Notes: a model not told the origin generated them from the sequence alone. Shown: positions 28,834 through 40,418, numbered from the stretch's first letter. The stretch is DNA of 64,000 nucleotides from Candidatus Micrarchaeota archaeon (GCA_018819225.1 JAHJQN010000005.1:32001-96000), one strand, 5' to 3'. A program made the numbers and translations.

Positions 28834-29258
28834 CGAAGCTCAGCATGGAAGACATTCAGAAAATGAACGCGATGGAGCAGATAACGGGAGCGAAAGCGCA
28901 AGACGTCGTGGACTTGCCGGACCGCATCATATTCATTGTTCCCAAGCAGGATTTGGGCAAGGCCATAGGAAAAGGCGGAAGTAACGTGTCTCGTTTGAAG
29001 CAAGGCCTCGGCAAACCCGTGGAAATCGTGGAAGCCGCCGACGAAGAAAAAGCGTTTTTTGCCGCGTTGTTTAAACCCGCGGTGGTTGATGATTATAGCG
29101 TGAATGAAAACGATGGCAAGCGTTCGTTGGACGTGCGCGTTCAGAACAAGGAGAGGGGCATTGCCATAGGACGAAATGGGGAAAAAATCAAGCGAGCGAA
29201 ATTGCTTGGAAAACGTTACTACGGATATGAAGACGTGCGCATCGTGACGCGAGGGTGA
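28830..29258 (+). CDS. nusA: Archaeal NusA (two KH domains)
   Basis: [24 protein letters not shown]. Confidence 0.95.
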   Translation: MTKLSMEDIQKMNAMEQITGAKAQDVVDLPDRIIFIVPKQDLGKAIGKGGSNVSRLKQGLGKPVEIVEAADEEKAFFAALFKPAVVDDYSVNENDGKRSLDVRVQNKERGIAIGRNGEKIKRAKLLGKRYYGYEDVRIVTRG

Positions 29259-29262
29259 AAGC

Positions 29263-29691
29263 ATGGCAAGAGGAGAATTTGCTGGAAGGATTCTGAAATC
29301 GCGCCGCAAGCAAGCGCGGTGGTTGCGAAAGAAGTGGAAGCGCAAGGCATTGGGCTTGAAATTCAAGTTCGATCCGTTGGAAGGCGCGCCCCTCGCTAAA
29401 GGAATTGTTTTGAAAAAGGAAGGCAAGGAGCAGAAGCAACCGCACTCGGGAATCGTGAAAACCGTTAAAGTTCAATTGATCAAGAACGGAAAGAAAGTGG
29501 GCGCGCATTGTCCGCGCGACAAAGCCATTAATTTCATCGACGAGCACGACGAAGTGACGATTGCGGGGCTCGGCGGATCGCAGAGAGGTCAGATGGGTTC
29601 GATTCCGGGCATTCGGTATAAAGTCGTCGCCGTAAACGGGATTTCGCTCGACGAACTGCGCAAGGGCAAGAAAGAGAAGCCGAAGAGGTAG
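29263..29691 (+). CDS. rps12: 30S ribosomal protein S12 (uS12)
   Basis: [29 protein letters not shown]. Confidence 0.97.
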   Translation: MARGEFAGRILKSRRKQARWLRKKWKRKALGLKFKFDPLEGAPLAKGIVLKKEGKEQKQPHSGIVKTVKVQLIKNGKKVGAHCPRDKAINFIDEHDEVTIAGLGGSQRGQMGSIPGIRYKVVAVNGISLDELRKGKKEKPKR

Positions 29692-29697
29692 AGAGGC

Positions 29698-30306
29698 ATG
29701 AACCCAGACGTCAAACTGTTCGGAAAATACGATTTCAACGTGCAAGTGCAGGACGTGAGTCTCGCGAAGTACATTAGCCTGAAGCCGGTGCGCTACCCGC
29801 ATACGTTCGCCCGTCACGGAAACAAGCAATTCGCGAAAGGAAAAGTCAATCTCGTGGAACGCTTGGTGAACAAGCTGATGCGCGGCGGAACCGGAGAAAA
29901 AATGGGGGGGAAAATCATTCGCACGCACGGTAAATTGCAGGGCAAGAAGACGCGCATGATCAAAACCGTGGAGAAAGCGTTCGCGGAAGTGCAAAAGCGC
30001 ACGAAACAGAATCCCGTGCAAGTGCTCGTTCAAGCCGTCGAAAACTCGGCACCGCGGGAAGATATTACGCGCGTGCGGTTCGGAGGAATTAGTTACCAGC
30101 TCGCCGTCGACATTTCAGCCCAACGCCGGTTGGATTTATCGCTTCGAAATATTGCGTTAGCGGCGATCATCAGCTCGTTCAAGAACCCGTTGACGCTCAC
30201 CGAAGCGCTTACGAACGAAATCGTGTTGGCAGCCACCAATGATCCCAACTCGTTCTCGATCAAGCGCAAGAACGAAGTCGAACGGGTCTCGCGAAGCGCG
30301 CGTTAA
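29698..30306 (+). CDS. rps7: 30S ribosomal protein S7 (uS7)
   Basis: KLFGKY, VERLVNKLM, AVENSAPRED, KNEVERVSRSAR. Confidence 0.97.
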   Translation: MNPDVKLFGKYDFNVQVQDVSLAKYISLKPVRYPHTFARHGNKQFAKGKVNLVERLVNKLMRGGTGEKMGGKIIRTHGKLQGKKTRMIKTVEKAFAEVQKRTKQNPVQVLVQAVENSAPREDITRVRFGGISYQLAVDISAQRRLDLSLRNIALAAIISSFKNPLTLTEALTNEIVLAATNDPNSFSIKRKNEVERVSRSAR

Positions 30307-30917
30307 TTGGCCTGCGCCCGCACCACGTAGCGCCCGCGGCGCTCAATTTCATCGAGGCGACCGAGCACCAGCCTGCACTTCTTTCGCGTCTTGCAATAAC
30401 CCGTTCGAAGGGCCGCGAACTGAAGAGGGGTTGAAGACTTTTTGAAGAGCAGTAAATCCGTGGCTTGATCCTCCAAACTCGCGGAAAAACGGCCTAACCC
30501 GAAATCAATGAACGCCATTTCCGATGAATACAATACGATCACGTTCGAGGTCGTGAAATCACCGTGCACGATTCCGTGGTCATGCAATAAAGCCAACGAT
30601 TGCCCTAGCTGTTCCAGCCGTTTTCGAGGAAGGGCGTGCGTTTTCAAATACGGGGCCAGCAAGGTTCCCCGGAGTTCTTCGAGAACGAGTTCGTGTTTCC
30701 CGCGACGCGCGCCTAATATCAAGGGACAGCGCACCCCCGCTTGCTTCGCGGCGGACAGGAGACGGGCTTCGTTTCGCGTGCGCGACGTCCGAATGGCTTG
30801 GTCGAGAGCCGGGACGCGGTAGTGTTTCCTCACACGGCGTTTGCAGAGCGCCTGCCGAGAGTGGAAACGAATCCGATACAATTCCGCTTCCGCGCCTTTA
30901 GCGACCCATTTCATCAA
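30303..30917 (-). CDS. bud32: KEOPS kinase Bud32
   Basis: KGAEAEL, KRRVRKHYR, HGDFTTSN, IDFGLG, ERRGRY. Confidence 0.93.
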   Translation of the reverse strand: MMKWVAKGAEAELYRIRFHSRQALCKRRVRKHYRVPALDQAIRTSRTRNEARLLSAAKQAGVRCPLILGARRGKHELVLEELRGTLLAPYLKTHALPRKRLEQLGQSLALLHDHGIVHGDFTTSNVIVLYSSEMAFIDFGLGRFSASLEDQATDLLLFKKSSTPLQFAALRTGYCKTRKKCRLVLGRLDEIERRGRYVVRAQAN

Positions 30918-30925
30918 ATCACGAA

Positions 30926-31363
30926 TTAAATGTCGAGAAGGATGCGAATGCGCCAGCGTCCGTTGGCTTGATGTTCGACGAGGGTTTGGTGGTGCGTCAC
31001 CGCTTTCACGTGCATTTCTCCTTTTTCCGGCGAATACGGTTCGCCGCGGGCCTCGCCAACGAGACGAAAACCGTGTTCCGTTTTCTGGAATTGTCGGACG
31101 TGAAAGCTCTTGAAAAACAGTTCGGAGGAATCGCTCTCGGATAAGACATCCGACAGAACGAAATTAGTGAGTTCTTCCAGCGATTCGGCTTCCGCCCGCA
31201 CCTCGAAACGATGGGATTCCTGCAAATCGTCGACGTGAGCGATCGTGGAAAACAAGGCGAGCGCGGCATGAGAAAGCGTTTCCTCGTACGTGGAACCGAA
31301 CGCCTCGAACAGGACATCCGCCGTATGATCCAAAAAACGGTATTTATCTCCGAGGACCAGCAT
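30926..31363 (-). CDS. Archease (RtcB cofactor)
   Basis: YRFLDHTADV, VKAVTHH, ILLDI; the track's upstream extension is antisense to hjc. Confidence 0.94.
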   Translation of the reverse strand: MLVLGDKYRFLDHTADVLFEAFGSTYEETLSHAALALFSTIAHVDDLQESHRFEVRAEAESLEELTNFVLSDVLSESDSSELFFKSFHVRQFQKTEHGFRLVGEARGEPYSPEKGEMHVKAVTHHQTLVEHQANGRWRIRILLDI

Positions 31364-31417
31364 TTCCGAACACCATACCCATACGCTATAATAACTGCAA
31401 GGAACTAAAGCATTAAA

Positions 31418-31798
31418 ATGGTGTCTTCGAAAGGCGCTGCATACGAAAGGCAGCTCAAAAAAATGTTGGAAGGGAAAGGCTTTTTCGTGATTCGATCCGC
31501 AGGAAGCGGCGTGGACTCGACGTCGCCTGACTTGCTCGCGCTTTCTTCCGCGAAACGAATGGCGATCGAGTGCAAGGCCCGGAATTCCGGGTACGTTTGG
31601 ATTGAAGCCACTCGCATGCGGCGCATGAACGCCTTCGAGGAAAAAACCGCGATTCCGTACTATGTTGCGTGGAAGGTGGCGCGGGAGGAATGGCGGTTCT
31701 TTCCGCTGATCGCCCTCCGAGAAACGGCGAAAGCCTTCGTGATAGAGGAAAAGGACTTGCACAGCGGACTTTCTCTCGAGCAATTACTGAACCGCTAA
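31418..31798 (+). CDS. hjc: Holliday junction resolvase Hjc
   Basis: KGAAYERQL, VIRSAGSG, PDLLA, AIECK. Confidence 0.94.
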   Translation: MVSSKGAAYERQLKKMLEGKGFFVIRSAGSGVDSTSPDLLALSSAKRMAIECKARNSGYVWIEATRMRRMNAFEEKTAIPYYVAWKVAREEWRFFPLIALRETAKAFVIEEKDLHSGLSLEQLLNR

Positions 31799-32589
31799 TG
31801 GATGTAGCTTAACACGTCTTTCTTAGGGGTTTCCGGAATCGCGAAGCCTGCCTGTTCTTCTTTGCGGGCCTGCAATTCGATTTTCTTGAGAAAGTGCTCC
31901 GCTTTCTCGGCCTTTCCGCGAAGCGTCTTCGTATCGATGCGGTCGCCGAGCATCTTGGAGATCAAATCCAGGAGAACCGAAGCGCCGGTGGCGTCAATGG
32001 CTTGACCCGGAGTTTCCACCAACAAACACGTGCCCCTCATGTGATACAAGCGGGAAATCGCTGGAACGAGTCCGGCCATTCCCACAATCGGGATCACGGC
32101 CTGATTCGGTTTCGCGCCGAGTTTATAAAAATATTCGAGATACGATTTGGAGGTCGCCGAACAGAATACGTCCGGCTTTTCTTTGGTTCGGTTGAGCGCA
32201 TACCCCGCCATCGCCACGACTTCCGAGCCTCCCAGACGTTGGAAGAATTCGAGAATCTTTCCCGTGACTTCATACTGGCCTTCAACGGTCAAGGGTTGGA
32301 CGTCTCCCTTCAATATCACGACGTCCCGTTTCTTAAACTTCTTGTAATAAAAACGCATGGAAAACGGGCGCAGCGCCCCATTCTTCATTGCAATCACTTG
32401 ATTCGGGAAATTCGGAGAGTACAGCGTAGCGAAATGTTCGGCCTGACTGGTTTTAATTAAATGATCGGCCGCCAGTTTGCTCACAAAACCGACGCCCGGT
32501 AGACCCATAATCAATATGGGATTTTTCGGTTTCACGGATTTCTTGACGCGGATCATGCTCTCGAGAAAACGCGGATTCATGGAGTTCAA
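31795..32589 (-). CDS. PAC2-family proteasome assembly chaperone-like protein
   Basis: GLPGVGFVSKLAADHL, GDVQP, IVGMAGL, C-terminal SYIH. Confidence 0.9.
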   Translation of the reverse strand: MNSMNPRFLESMIRVKKSVKPKNPILIMGLPGVGFVSKLAADHLIKTSQAEHFATLYSPNFPNQVIAMKNGALRPFSMRFYYKKFKKRDVVILKGDVQPLTVEGQYEVTGKILEFFQRLGGSEVVAMAGYALNRTKEKPDVFCSATSKSYLEYFYKLGAKPNQAVIPIVGMAGLVPAISRLYHMRGTCLLVETPGQAIDATGASVLLDLISKMLGDRIDTKTLRGKAEKAEHFLKKIELQARKEEQAGFAIPETPKKDVLSYIH

Positions 32590-32644
32590 CCCAATGTAAA
32601 GTTAAGACGCGTATAATAAAAACGTATGGTTATGCTTCGCGGCG

Positions 32645-32800
32645 TCACGCGCGGTATAACGCGTTTCGGCGATAGGAACGGAACGGGTCTTCCTTCGAGT
32701 ATTTGGCGGGGTGCGCGGAACGTGTCTTCTTCCCGCACGAAGGACACGCTTTTTTTAACGTGTACGTCGCGCACGCGGAACAGCAATGCAAGACGTTCAT
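32645..32800 (-). CDS. nop10: H/ACA RNP protein Nop10 (51 aa; not in ORF track)
   Basis: MNVLHCCSACATYTLKKACPSCGKKTRSAHPAKYSKEDPFRSYRR; canonical position after aIF2a. Confidence 0.93.
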   Translation of the reverse strand: MNVLHCCSACATYTLKKACPSCGKKTRSAHPAKYSKEDPFRSYRRNALYRA

Positions 32801-32801
32801 G

Positions 32802-33554
32802 CTAAACCTTCACTTTTTGCATCGAATACTGAATGCGCGATTCTTTTTCCAGCAAGTGCTCGATGCGCAACAACGATTTTTCCGCGCGCTTGTAATCCGT
32901 GTCGGGAATGTCAATAAAGTATTTGGGGGCGCCCAAGTACTTCAAGGAAATGCGGGGAGTGGATTTGGAAATACGCAGAAGAATTTTTTTCACGTGTTCC
33001 ACGCCTTCGCTGTCGAACGATTGCAACGTCAGATTCGCGCGCACGTGAATTTCTTTCTCTTTGATCTCGACCTCCGCGATCTCCGCGAGCGCTTGCTTCC
33101 AAGGCGCCGGAATGGCGGTATCGCACGTCCCCGCTTTCAATGCCTCGAATGCGAGAAAGAGATCCCCGTATTCCTTGATGAGCAGGTCCCCGGCTTCGGT
33201 ATACGCTTCTTTCAACGTTTTCTTGAGCTTGAGGGCGCCGCGCTCCAACAGTTTTTCCGCGCGCTTGCCCAGTTGATACGCCTCCATTTTGCGCTTGCGG
33301 TCGTTGTCGCTGACGCGCTTGAGACTCAAATCAATTTGTCGTTTCTCGTGGTCGACGCGAGAAATCATGACCACGACTTTTTGGCCTTCCTTGACGTGAT
33401 CGCGAATGTTTTTGACCCAACCCGAGCTCACTTCCGAAATGTGTAGAAAGCCTTCCATAGCACTGTATTCGTCCAGGGAAAGAAACGCGCCGTACGGCAT
33501 GATCTTGATTACGGAAGCGATGACGAACTCGCCGACTTCGGGATATCCCGCCAT
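32802..33554 (-). CDS. eif2a: Translation initiation factor aIF2 alpha
   Basis: S1 domain YGAFLSLDEY, LHISEVSSGWVKNIRD, IDLSLKRV, YLGAPKY. Confidence 0.96.
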   Translation of the reverse strand: MAGYPEVGEFVIASVIKIMPYGAFLSLDEYSAMEGFLHISEVSSGWVKNIRDHVKEGQKVVVMISRVDHEKRQIDLSLKRVSDNDRKRKMEAYQLGKRAEKLLERGALKLKKTLKEAYTEAGDLLIKEYGDLFLAFEALKAGTCDTAIPAPWKQALAEIAEVEIKEKEIHVRANLTLQSFDSEGVEHVKKILLRISKSTPRISLKYLGAPKYFIDIPDTDYKRAEKSLLRIEHLLEKESRIQYSMQKVKV

Positions 33555-33561
33555 GAATGTT

Positions 33562-33723
33562 TCAACTCAGTACTTCCACGATGCGGCAATTGATTTTCGC
33601 GCGCCCGCCACGAGGCTGAACGAGTACGGCATGGCATTTCTTGCATTCCACCGACTGCTTCGAATCTCCAAATACCGTACGGGATTCTCCGCATTCGCAA
33701 ACGACTTTTAAGAAACGACTCAA
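33562..33723 (-). CDS. rps27e: 30S ribosomal protein S27e (53 aa, TTG start; not in ORF track)
   Basis: SRFLKVVCECGESRTVFG...VECKKCHAVLVQPRGGRAKI; GAGGTG SD; between L44e and aIF2a. Confidence 0.93.
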   Translation of the reverse strand: MSRFLKVVCECGESRTVFGDSKQSVECKKCHAVLVQPRGGRAKINCRIVEVLS

Positions 33724-33733
33724 GATAAACACC

Positions 33734-34024
33734 TCATTCGCGCGCCACTTCCGCTTTTTTCTTCATGCGACCGGAAACGACGGTCTCGTGCTTTTTCTTG
33801 CACCCACTGCATTGAAGCATGATCTTGTTTCGAATGCCTTGCTTGCGCACCTTAGCCTTGCCTTTGACTTTTCCGTGGTAACCCGCGAGTTTGCGCTCGT
33901 GTTTTCGCGTACCCCATGCGAGCGAGCGGCCCGCCTTGTATTTACTGGTGCTCACTTTCACTTTGTGCAGATTATGTTTCCGACAATGGGGACAATACGT
34001 TCGAATTTCTTTTGGAACTTTCAT
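33734..34024 (-). CDS. rpl44e: 50S ribosomal protein L44e
   Basis: MKVPKEIRTYCPHCRKH, LQCSGCKK. Confidence 0.95.
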   Translation of the reverse strand: MKVPKEIRTYCPHCRKHNLHKVKVSTSKYKAGRSLAWGTRKHERKLAGYHGKVKGKAKVRKQGIRNKIMLQCSGCKKKHETVVSGRMKKKAEVARE

Positions 34025-34115
34025 AGACAACAGCCTCTAAGCGCGGAAAGCGCTATATAGAAAAAGAGACGAGAAAAGTGGGGCGGTCAAGGCTTTTAAG
34101 CCTACCGAATCCGAA

Positions 34116-34808
34116 TCAATAGACCTCGATTTCATTACCGGGTTTTTTTACGTTCGGTACCTGGTTTTCGGATTCCCCGCTGGCAATCTCCTCCACGAGG
34201 TCGCGGATTTCTTTTTTCGAGGCCTGAGTGGCCATCTCGGCAATTTCCTTTTTGACGAAAATAGCGGCCATTTCCTTTTGAACGGATACGATTTGCCCTT
34301 CCTTGAATGGGCCGTACATGGCTCCATCCGTTCCCACGAATTGCGCCAGCGGTTTGAGCATGCGCACGGCTTCCAATAACGGTTTTTCTGGCGGCTTCGC
34401 GTCCGGAAGGGTTTCGGGAGTGATCGTGCGTTCGATCACGGTTTTCGGTTGTTCTTCTTCGTTGATCAAAACGGCTTGTTCAAAACCGCTCAACGATTTC
34501 AGGAGCTCCAAATAAAGACCTTTTTCTTCTTTCGCGAGTCCGTCCGAATCCACGGACTGGTTCTTGCGGTCTTTCAACGCCTTCAATAAAATCTTCTGCT
34601 CGCGTTTCTCGCTAATCTCGGTCAAAATGGTTTTCGCGTTCTCGAACGCCTTCAACCGCTCGAGCGAATAGTCCCCTTGCAGCGCGCGCTTTTGCTCCAA
34701 TAACCACAAATGGTGCGCTTCGTAGAAATCGTCCGATAACTTCGATAACGCGCTGAAATTGCGTTCCTGCAACTGCACCTTGCGCAATGCGTCAAAACTG
34801 AGTTCCAT
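34116..34808 (-). CDS. GINS-family replication protein (Gins15-like)
   Basis: LSKLSDDFY, REQKILLKA, EEKGLY, FVGTDGAMYGPFKEG; typical position upstream of L44e. Confidence 0.8.
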   Translation of the reverse strand: MELSFDALRKVQLQERNFSALSKLSDDFYEAHHLWLLEQKRALQGDYSLERLKAFENAKTILTEISEKREQKILLKALKDRKNQSVDSDGLAKEEKGLYLELLKSLSGFEQAVLINEEEQPKTVIERTITPETLPDAKPPEKPLLEAVRMLKPLAQFVGTDGAMYGPFKEGQIVSVQKEMAAIFVKKEIAEMATQASKKEIRDLVEEIASGESENQVPNVKKPGNEIEVY

Positions 34809-34813
34809 ACGAT

Positions 34814-35770
34814 TTAATCCTCTTTCACATCCTTGGAATTCATTCCCGCGCCTTGATCCATGACTTTCTTCTGCTCGGCGGCGTAGGCCTTCACTAGCTC
34901 CTGAATCACGTCATCGTATTTCGGAGGCGTGCCGCTGGGCGTCATTTTGGAGGACAGCAGGCTGGCCAGACGCGACAACTCCAACGGAAAAATAATTTTG
35001 TTGCTTTTTCCTTCCGAAATCTTTTTCAGCGCATCCATGTAAAGTAACGACATCGTTTTATCGCTCATCTTGGCCGCCGCCTTATCCAAAATGTCGAGGC
35101 TGACCTGACGGGCAGTGGCTTCGGTCTCCAACTTCACTTTATAATCCACGGCTGCGCGTGCCTTGTGTCTCGCTTCCAGAATCTCGGGAGGCAGTTCAAT
35201 GGTCACCACTTCCGCCTTCAATACGAGGAACCCCCAGCTTTCCTCGACTTCCTTCAGTTTCGCGAAAAGGAACGTGTTGATATCCTCCGTTTTTTCAATC
35301 AATTCCTCTAAACTCATTTTTCCGACGATGTTTCGCACTTCTCCAACCAGCATGTTCGTGAGCGCGCGGTCCAGATTCTTGACTTCGATGACGACTTTCT
35401 TCGGATCCACCACCCGAACGTACGATATCACGTCCACTTTCACGTTCACGTTATCCTTGGTTTCCGTTCGCTGGGGGGCCGTATCCAAAACACGAACCCG
35501 CAAGTCCACGGGAGTAAAACTTTCGAATAGGGGAAACAACACGACCCATCCCGGTCCAGCCACATTGGAAAATTTACCGAATCGGAACACGACGCCGCGC
35601 TCGAATTCCTTGAATTCAATGATGCGCGGGGATAGCGTAAAAAGAATGAGCAATGCGAGCGCCAAAATAATGACGGTCAGCGTATCAATCGAGCGGGCCA
35701 CGAATACGCCATAGGCTATGAAACTCACGACGGCGACGGCCGCAACAAAGACGATCATGACTTTATCCAT
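34814..35770 (-). CDS. SPFH/stomatin-family membrane protein
   Basis: ERGVVFRFGKF, GPG, VDLRVR, TKDNVNVKVD, KIIFPLE. Confidence 0.92.
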   Translation of the reverse strand: MDKVMIVFVAAVAVVSFIAYGVFVARSIDTLTVIILALALLILFTLSPRIIEFKEFERGVVFRFGKFSNVAGPGWVVLFPLFESFTPVDLRVRVLDTAPQRTETKDNVNVKVDVISYVRVVDPKKVVIEVKNLDRALTNMLVGEVRNIVGKMSLEELIEKTEDINTFLFAKLKEVEESWGFLVLKAEVVTIELPPEILEARHKARAAVDYKVKLETEATARQVSLDILDKAAAKMSDKTMSLLYMDALKKISEGKSNKIIFPLELSRLASLLSSKMTPSGTPPKYDDVIQELVKAYAAEQKKVMDQGAGMNSKDVKED

Positions 35771-35797
35771 ACGACACCCGATTCCAGTAATCCGGAT

Positions 35798-36466
35798 CTA
35801 ACGCGAAAACGTTTCTTTCCATACGATCTTGGAAATTTCGGCAATATAAAGCAATGCGTTTTGCACGATCGTATATTTTCCGCTTAAGTAACCGTCCCGG
35901 CGAGCGGTTTCCATCGACACGTCCACCTCCGCTTCCCCGTCTTTCATGGTAAGGGTTTGCTCCAAATCCAGGAATTCAAGCAACAGGGCTTGCAACTTTT
36001 CTTCCGGTTTCTGAAGTTGCGCCTCCACGTTATAATGGTATACTAATTTCTTGCCGGCCAGCTCGTGATTCAAATCCACTCGGACGCGTCCCCCGGAAAC
36101 GCTTTGAATGCGCCCTCGGTAATCATCCAAATTCACGACCATTCCCGCCACCGGATCCACTCCCCCCTCCTTGAATTTTTGAAGGGGTACGACGCGTACC
36201 AAGTCCGGCTTGCGCTCCCCAAACGCGTCCTGAACGGCAATATGCGCCGAGCCGGCTTTGCCGACGGATGCATTTAACAGAACGTCCTTGAATCCTTTCA
36301 CCAAACGGGTATCCTTCAACATGACCAGCGTGGGCCGGTAACGCAGTTTCTCGTTGTAAATGCCTTCTTTCTTCGCTTCGGCTTCGTCCGTCGTTTCCGC
36401 CAACCGTCCGCCTTCCTCGCGAACGGAAAACGAGACTTTCAAAAAATCGGTTTCAGAAAACGCCAT
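35798..36466 (-). CDS. FKBP-type peptidyl-prolyl isomerase (long SlyD type)
   Basis: ETTDEAEAKKEGIY, AFGER, SGGRVRVDLNHELAGK. Confidence 0.92.
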   Translation of the reverse strand: MAFSETDFLKVSFSVREEGGRLAETTDEAEAKKEGIYNEKLRYRPTLVMLKDTRLVKGFKDVLLNASVGKAGSAHIAVQDAFGERKPDLVRVVPLQKFKEGGVDPVAGMVVNLDDYRGRIQSVSGGRVRVDLNHELAGKKLVYHYNVEAQLQKPEEKLQALLLEFLDLEQTLTMKDGEAEVDVSMETARRDGYLSGKYTIVQNALLYIAEISKIVWKETFSR

Positions 36467-36589
36467 TGAAATCGCCTCTTGCCCCCTTCACCCGTAACCA
36501 AAACGTTTTAAATAATATCTCGGAATAAGGGGTACGCTTTTTGTGCAACTGAATGAATTTAAAGCCTTTTATTGAGGGAACGATTCGCC

Positions 36590-37987
36590 ATGAAAAAGGA
36601 AAGTCTACTGAAATGGTTCACGATCGCCATGATCGTGGTGTTCGCTTTTGAAATTGTCCTGATCGGCATTCCCAGCGGCGGTTTCGATGCCACGCCAACG
36701 CCCTCGAATATTCCGACGGCTACCCTCGCGCCCGAATTCGTCGGTTCGGCGACCACCGAAGCCGTCATAACGGGATTCGGTACCGAGTTCTTGGCTCGCT
36801 GCAACACCACGGAACCCGTCGCCGTATTACTGAGGGACGTGGAAGGGATTACCAATGCCGTGCAAGATCCGAGTACGCAACTGATAAGCATCACCATGGC
36901 CGCGGACGCCAACGTCAGCGAGAGCACGCAATCGATTCGGGAACTCCTTCAACCCTATTGCACACCGTTACTGTTGAGACAAGCACTACTCGAATTTGAA
37001 GAGGACGTGGAATTCACGTCCGGTAACGACCCGAATGAAACCAAAACGATTTCCAAACGAAGTATTGAATGTTTTTCGAATCCGTTCGCCGGATGCTATG
37101 CCTTCGTTTTCCCGCACCGAACCACGGGACAAACCATTGACGTCAACATTTTCGGCCGTTTCCAAGGATCCACGCCCGTTCAAGTGTTTGCCGAAGAGCT
37201 ACTGGGATCGACGATTCGCATTGAAACCGTTTTCGCCAACGGAACCATTTCCGCCATTGAAAACCGAGGACAAGTGAACGCCGACCTGCCGTGGGAAAAC
37301 CGGTGGATCAACATCACCATCTTCCAAGACGAGATGTTGGAACAAGGCGACTTTTCGGAAACCGTGAATTACGCGCCGAATTCCCTTGTACGCATTTCCG
37401 GTAACGTCAGCAACGACACGCTGGAGGCATTAAACAATTTGTCCATGATCGAAACCGCAAGCGTGCGACTCGATGATCCCGATCACCCCGAAGTGGTGTT
37501 AATCGTCAACGATAATTATACGCGAAAGACTCGCTTGCTGGAGTTATTGAATGCGTTGGAGATCGACGAGGATCGCGTTTCGTTCGAGGTCACCAAGTTC
37601 TCCAGCATCGTCCGATATCAAGCCTACGAAGGATTAGCGGATTTCTTGTCGGATTGGATCGGAGACGAGTTCACGTTCCAACGATTCGCATTAATGCGTT
37701 TAGATGACCCCGATGCCGTGGAAGTGAGCTTGCAAGCGATTTGGGAAGAGAAAAACGATCCGCAATTCGTGCTCGTGCCCGCAGACACCGCGTCGGATGC
37801 GGCGTTAGAGGTTCGTATTGTCACGCAAATCGAATTCGACATCGTTTCCAATGCAGACGTGTATTTCGTGCGCGCGCGGAATCCCTTGGATGAAGAGGAA
37901 ATACGCGTTGAAGACAAGGAGACCCCTGTCAACGATCCAGCCAATGGAACCGACGAAACGCCGGAACCTACGCCCCAAGAATCTTGA
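36590..37987 (+). CDS. Acidic membrane-anchored exported hypothetical protein
   Basis: N-terminal TM, PT linker, Cys pairs, 465 aa. Confidence 0.8.
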   Translation: MKKESLLKWFTIAMIVVFAFEIVLIGIPSGGFDATPTPSNIPTATLAPEFVGSATTEAVITGFGTEFLARCNTTEPVAVLLRDVEGITNAVQDPSTQLISITMAADANVSESTQSIRELLQPYCTPLLLRQALLEFEEDVEFTSGNDPNETKTISKRSIECFSNPFAGCYAFVFPHRTTGQTIDVNIFGRFQGSTPVQVFAEELLGSTIRIETVFANGTISAIENRGQVNADLPWENRWINITIFQDEMLEQGDFSETVNYAPNSLVRISGNVSNDTLEALNNLSMIETASVRLDDPDHPEVVLIVNDNYTRKTRLLELLNALEIDEDRVSFEVTKFSSIVRYQAYEGLADFLSDWIGDEFTFQRFALMRLDDPDAVEVSLQAIWEEKNDPQFVLVPADTASDAALEVRIVTQIEFDIVSNADVYFVRARNPLDEEEIRVEDKETPVNDPANGTDETPEPTPQES

Positions 37988-38381
37988 TGATGACGCGCTT
38001 TTTCCTTCGGCCGTCGAACTCCCCATAAAGCACGCGTTCCCAAGGCCCTAAATCCAACTGGCCCTTCGTGATCGGAAGGACGACTTGATGTCCCATCACC
38101 GTGCGTTTTAAATGCGCATCCGCGTTCGGATCCGACGTACGATTATGCATCCAATCCTCCGTTGAAGGCGCTAAACGCTCCAACCATTTCTCGAAGTCGC
38201 GGTAAATGCCGTCCTCTTCGTCATTCACGAAAACGGATGCCGTAATGTGCATGGCGGATACGAGGCACAAGCCTTCGCGAACCCCGCTTTCATTAACGGC
38301 TTGCTGAACCTCGTCGGTTATCGGGACGAACTCCCGTTGTTTTTTCGTTTGAAACCACAAATATTTCGTGAACGATTTCAT
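37968..38381 (-). CDS. yjbQ: YjbQ (UPF0047) secondary thiamine-phosphate synthase family
   Basis: [22 protein letters not shown]...EFDG. Confidence 0.92.
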   Translation of the reverse strand: MKSFTKYLWFQTKKQREFVPITDEVQQAVNESGVREGLCLVSAMHITASVFVNDEEDGIYRDFEKWLERLAPSTEDWMHNRTSDPNADAHLKRTVMGHQVVLPITKGQLDLGPWERVLYGEFDGRRKKRVIIKILGA

Positions 38382-40402
38382 TTCTTGAATCGCTTCTTTT
38401 TATCGAGCCAACCCCCCTTCTTTTTTCGAACCGGCGACGTTAACGGCTCAACAAGAGGAGGCTGACCGGCATCAAACTGCTTTTTCCGCTTCCGGCGTTC
38501 CTCTTCCACCAAGGCCGCATACTTGTCACGAATGCGCTCGTAATTGCGTTCGCTCAACTTGCCATCCAATAACAAGGATTCGGCGCGTTCCAGGCGGCGC
38601 GCGAAATCATTCAATGGATCTGCGGCCTTTTTCTTCAAGCGACCTCGAATCACGAGCGTCATTAAGCCTAACAATGCGAGGAGTGCGATGATGCTGAACA
38701 CGACGAGATCGCGTCCCGAACCCGGTGTCGGCGCCGTGGTCACCGACACTTCAAGCCCTTCATCCAAAGGCAGTTCAACGGATATCGATGGCTCCGAGGA
38801 TACCGGGGAAGTAAAGGCTTCCTTTGACTTGCTGTAAAGCGTTTCAATGCCCTCCGATAACTTGAACAGTTTCAACGCGCTGACTAACAGCACGAGATTG
38901 TCCGAGCGATTCGCTTCGTAAACGTAGTACCGTCCGTGATCGTAGTATAAAGAGCCCCACGCCGACGCATGAGATTGAGACGTCAAACACGAATAGGTGT
39001 CTCCGCATACCCCCTCCCAAAGCTCGGCATACGTGAGATCGCCCGCCTCCTGAAGTGCTTCCGTGTATCGAAGCACGAATTGTAAGTTGAACGCAGCCGT
39101 CAAATAGTCTCCATTCTGAAACGCGCGTCGCGAAGCCGTCAAATGATCCATTCCTTCATCATCCAGCTTGCCTTCAATGCGCAACTCCTCCGCTTCATCC
39201 AAATAATCCACGGCGATCGGCCGAATGGACAACTCGTTCACTTCCGCATCAGCGGACACGGAGACCGCGACATCATTCAAATTTTTTGAGGCCGTCAACC
39301 AACTTTTGGCGAGCGCATATTCTTCCAGCAAATAGTCCGGGGATAAAACCACGAGGCGTTCCTCCAGCGTATCCAAGCGTTCGAGCGCCCAATAATAGCG
39401 CAGTTTCGCGGAAACCACCCATTCCCAATTGGATCCAGTCGGTTCAACAAAATCAAGGGCCTCCGCTTCGTCTTGCAACGACCGCACTTTCGAACGGAAA
39501 TTCTGTCGAGTCATATTCAACGTGCCCAGCTCATCCAACGTCACCATCGCCAAGAATGCCGAGTTCGCCGAAGAATAGAAATACCCTTTTTCCAACAGCA
39601 TTTCGGATAGATTCAACGCCTTCCGCAAGTTCGTACGCACCAATGACGTGGCATCTTCGTCGGGAAGAGCGCGTAAGGCAGTCGTGGCTTCCGACAAGAT
39701 GTTTTCGCTCACGGATTTGAAAGGAAGCGTTGAAAGCGCCGGCGTCACCTCCGGTACGACCAATGGAGGCAACACTTTTTCAACAACAACGACGGGTTCT
39801 CCAGCCACGGTATTGAACGCATAATTAAACACTTCCTCAATATCTTGGACTTCGACGACCTGCATCCCCCACTGTTCTTCCCCGTACACGTTCAAATCCA
39901 CGCCGTTTTGCACGCGTTGGCCTTCCGGTACGAGAAACAAACGGTATTTATTGCTTTTTCCGACGGCAACCGCTTTTTCAAAAATGCCGCCCACGGGGCC
40001 AATGCGGCCATCCCGTTCAATGGTCCCGGAGACCACCAAGTCTTTGCGGATGGTTTGATGGGAAAATTCGGAATACGCGAGAAGCGTTAAAGCCGCGCCG
40101 GCCGACGGCCCGTCCACGACTTCCGCATCCGAATTGATCTTGAACAACACGTCGTACTGCATGCGGTCGACGTCCGCCATCTCCGCCGCGATTTTAACGG
40201 CGAGCTTTTCGGATTCTTGCGTGTCCATGCCCGTCAGCGGAGTCACGGAAACAAACGTATCCCCATCTCCGTCAATAATTTGCACTTCGATGCGCGTCAA
40301 CACCCCGTTTCCTTGCGCGTCGATGGCTGGAACGTAAGTTGACAGCGCCTGCAGCGTTTGAACAAAAAGGAATAGTAACACTAGCCCCCTAATTTTTTTC
40401 AC
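38378..40402 (-). CDS. Exported membrane-anchored S16 (Lon-protease-domain) serine protease
   Basis: Signal peptide, VDGPSAG Ser, GTI...[10 protein letters not shown] Lys, no AAA domain, C-terminal TM. Confidence 0.88.
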   Translation of the reverse strand: MKKIRGLVLLFLFVQTLQALSTYVPAIDAQGNGVLTRIEVQIIDGDGDTFVSVTPLTGMDTQESEKLAVKIAAEMADVDRMQYDVLFKINSDAEVVDGPSAGAALTLLAYSEFSHQTIRKDLVVSGTIERDGRIGPVGGIFEKAVAVGKSNKYRLFLVPEGQRVQNGVDLNVYGEEQWGMQVVEVQDIEEVFNYAFNTVAGEPVVVVEKVLPPLVVPEVTPALSTLPFKSVSENILSEATTALRALPDEDATSLVRTNLRKALNLSEMLLEKGYFYSSANSAFLAMVTLDELGTLNMTRQNFRSKVRSLQDEAEALDFVEPTGSNWEWVVSAKLRYYWALERLDTLEERLVVLSPDYLLEEYALAKSWLTASKNLNDVAVSVSADAEVNELSIRPIAVDYLDEAEELRIEGKLDDEGMDHLTASRRAFQNGDYLTAAFNLQFVLRYTEALQEAGDLTYAELWEGVCGDTYSCLTSQSHASAWGSLYYDHGRYYVYEANRSDNLVLLVSALKLFKLSEGIETLYSKSKEAFTSPVSSEPSISVELPLDEGLEVSVTTAPTPGSGRDLVVFSIIALLALLGLMTLVIRGRLKKKAADPLNDFARRLERAESLLLDGKLSERNYERIRDKYAALVEEERRKRKKQFDAGQPPLVEPLTSPVRKKKGGWLDKKKRFKK

Positions 40403-40418
40403 GAGCCATGACCCCTCC

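Noticed and set aside
28473-30033. Long minus-strand ORFs of 317 and 281 aa
   Set aside because: Antisense to L30e, nusA, S12 and S7; no protein-like features
31364-31783. Apparent 285-aa archease fusion
   Set aside because: The upstream part is antisense to hjc; the archease motif starts near 31363
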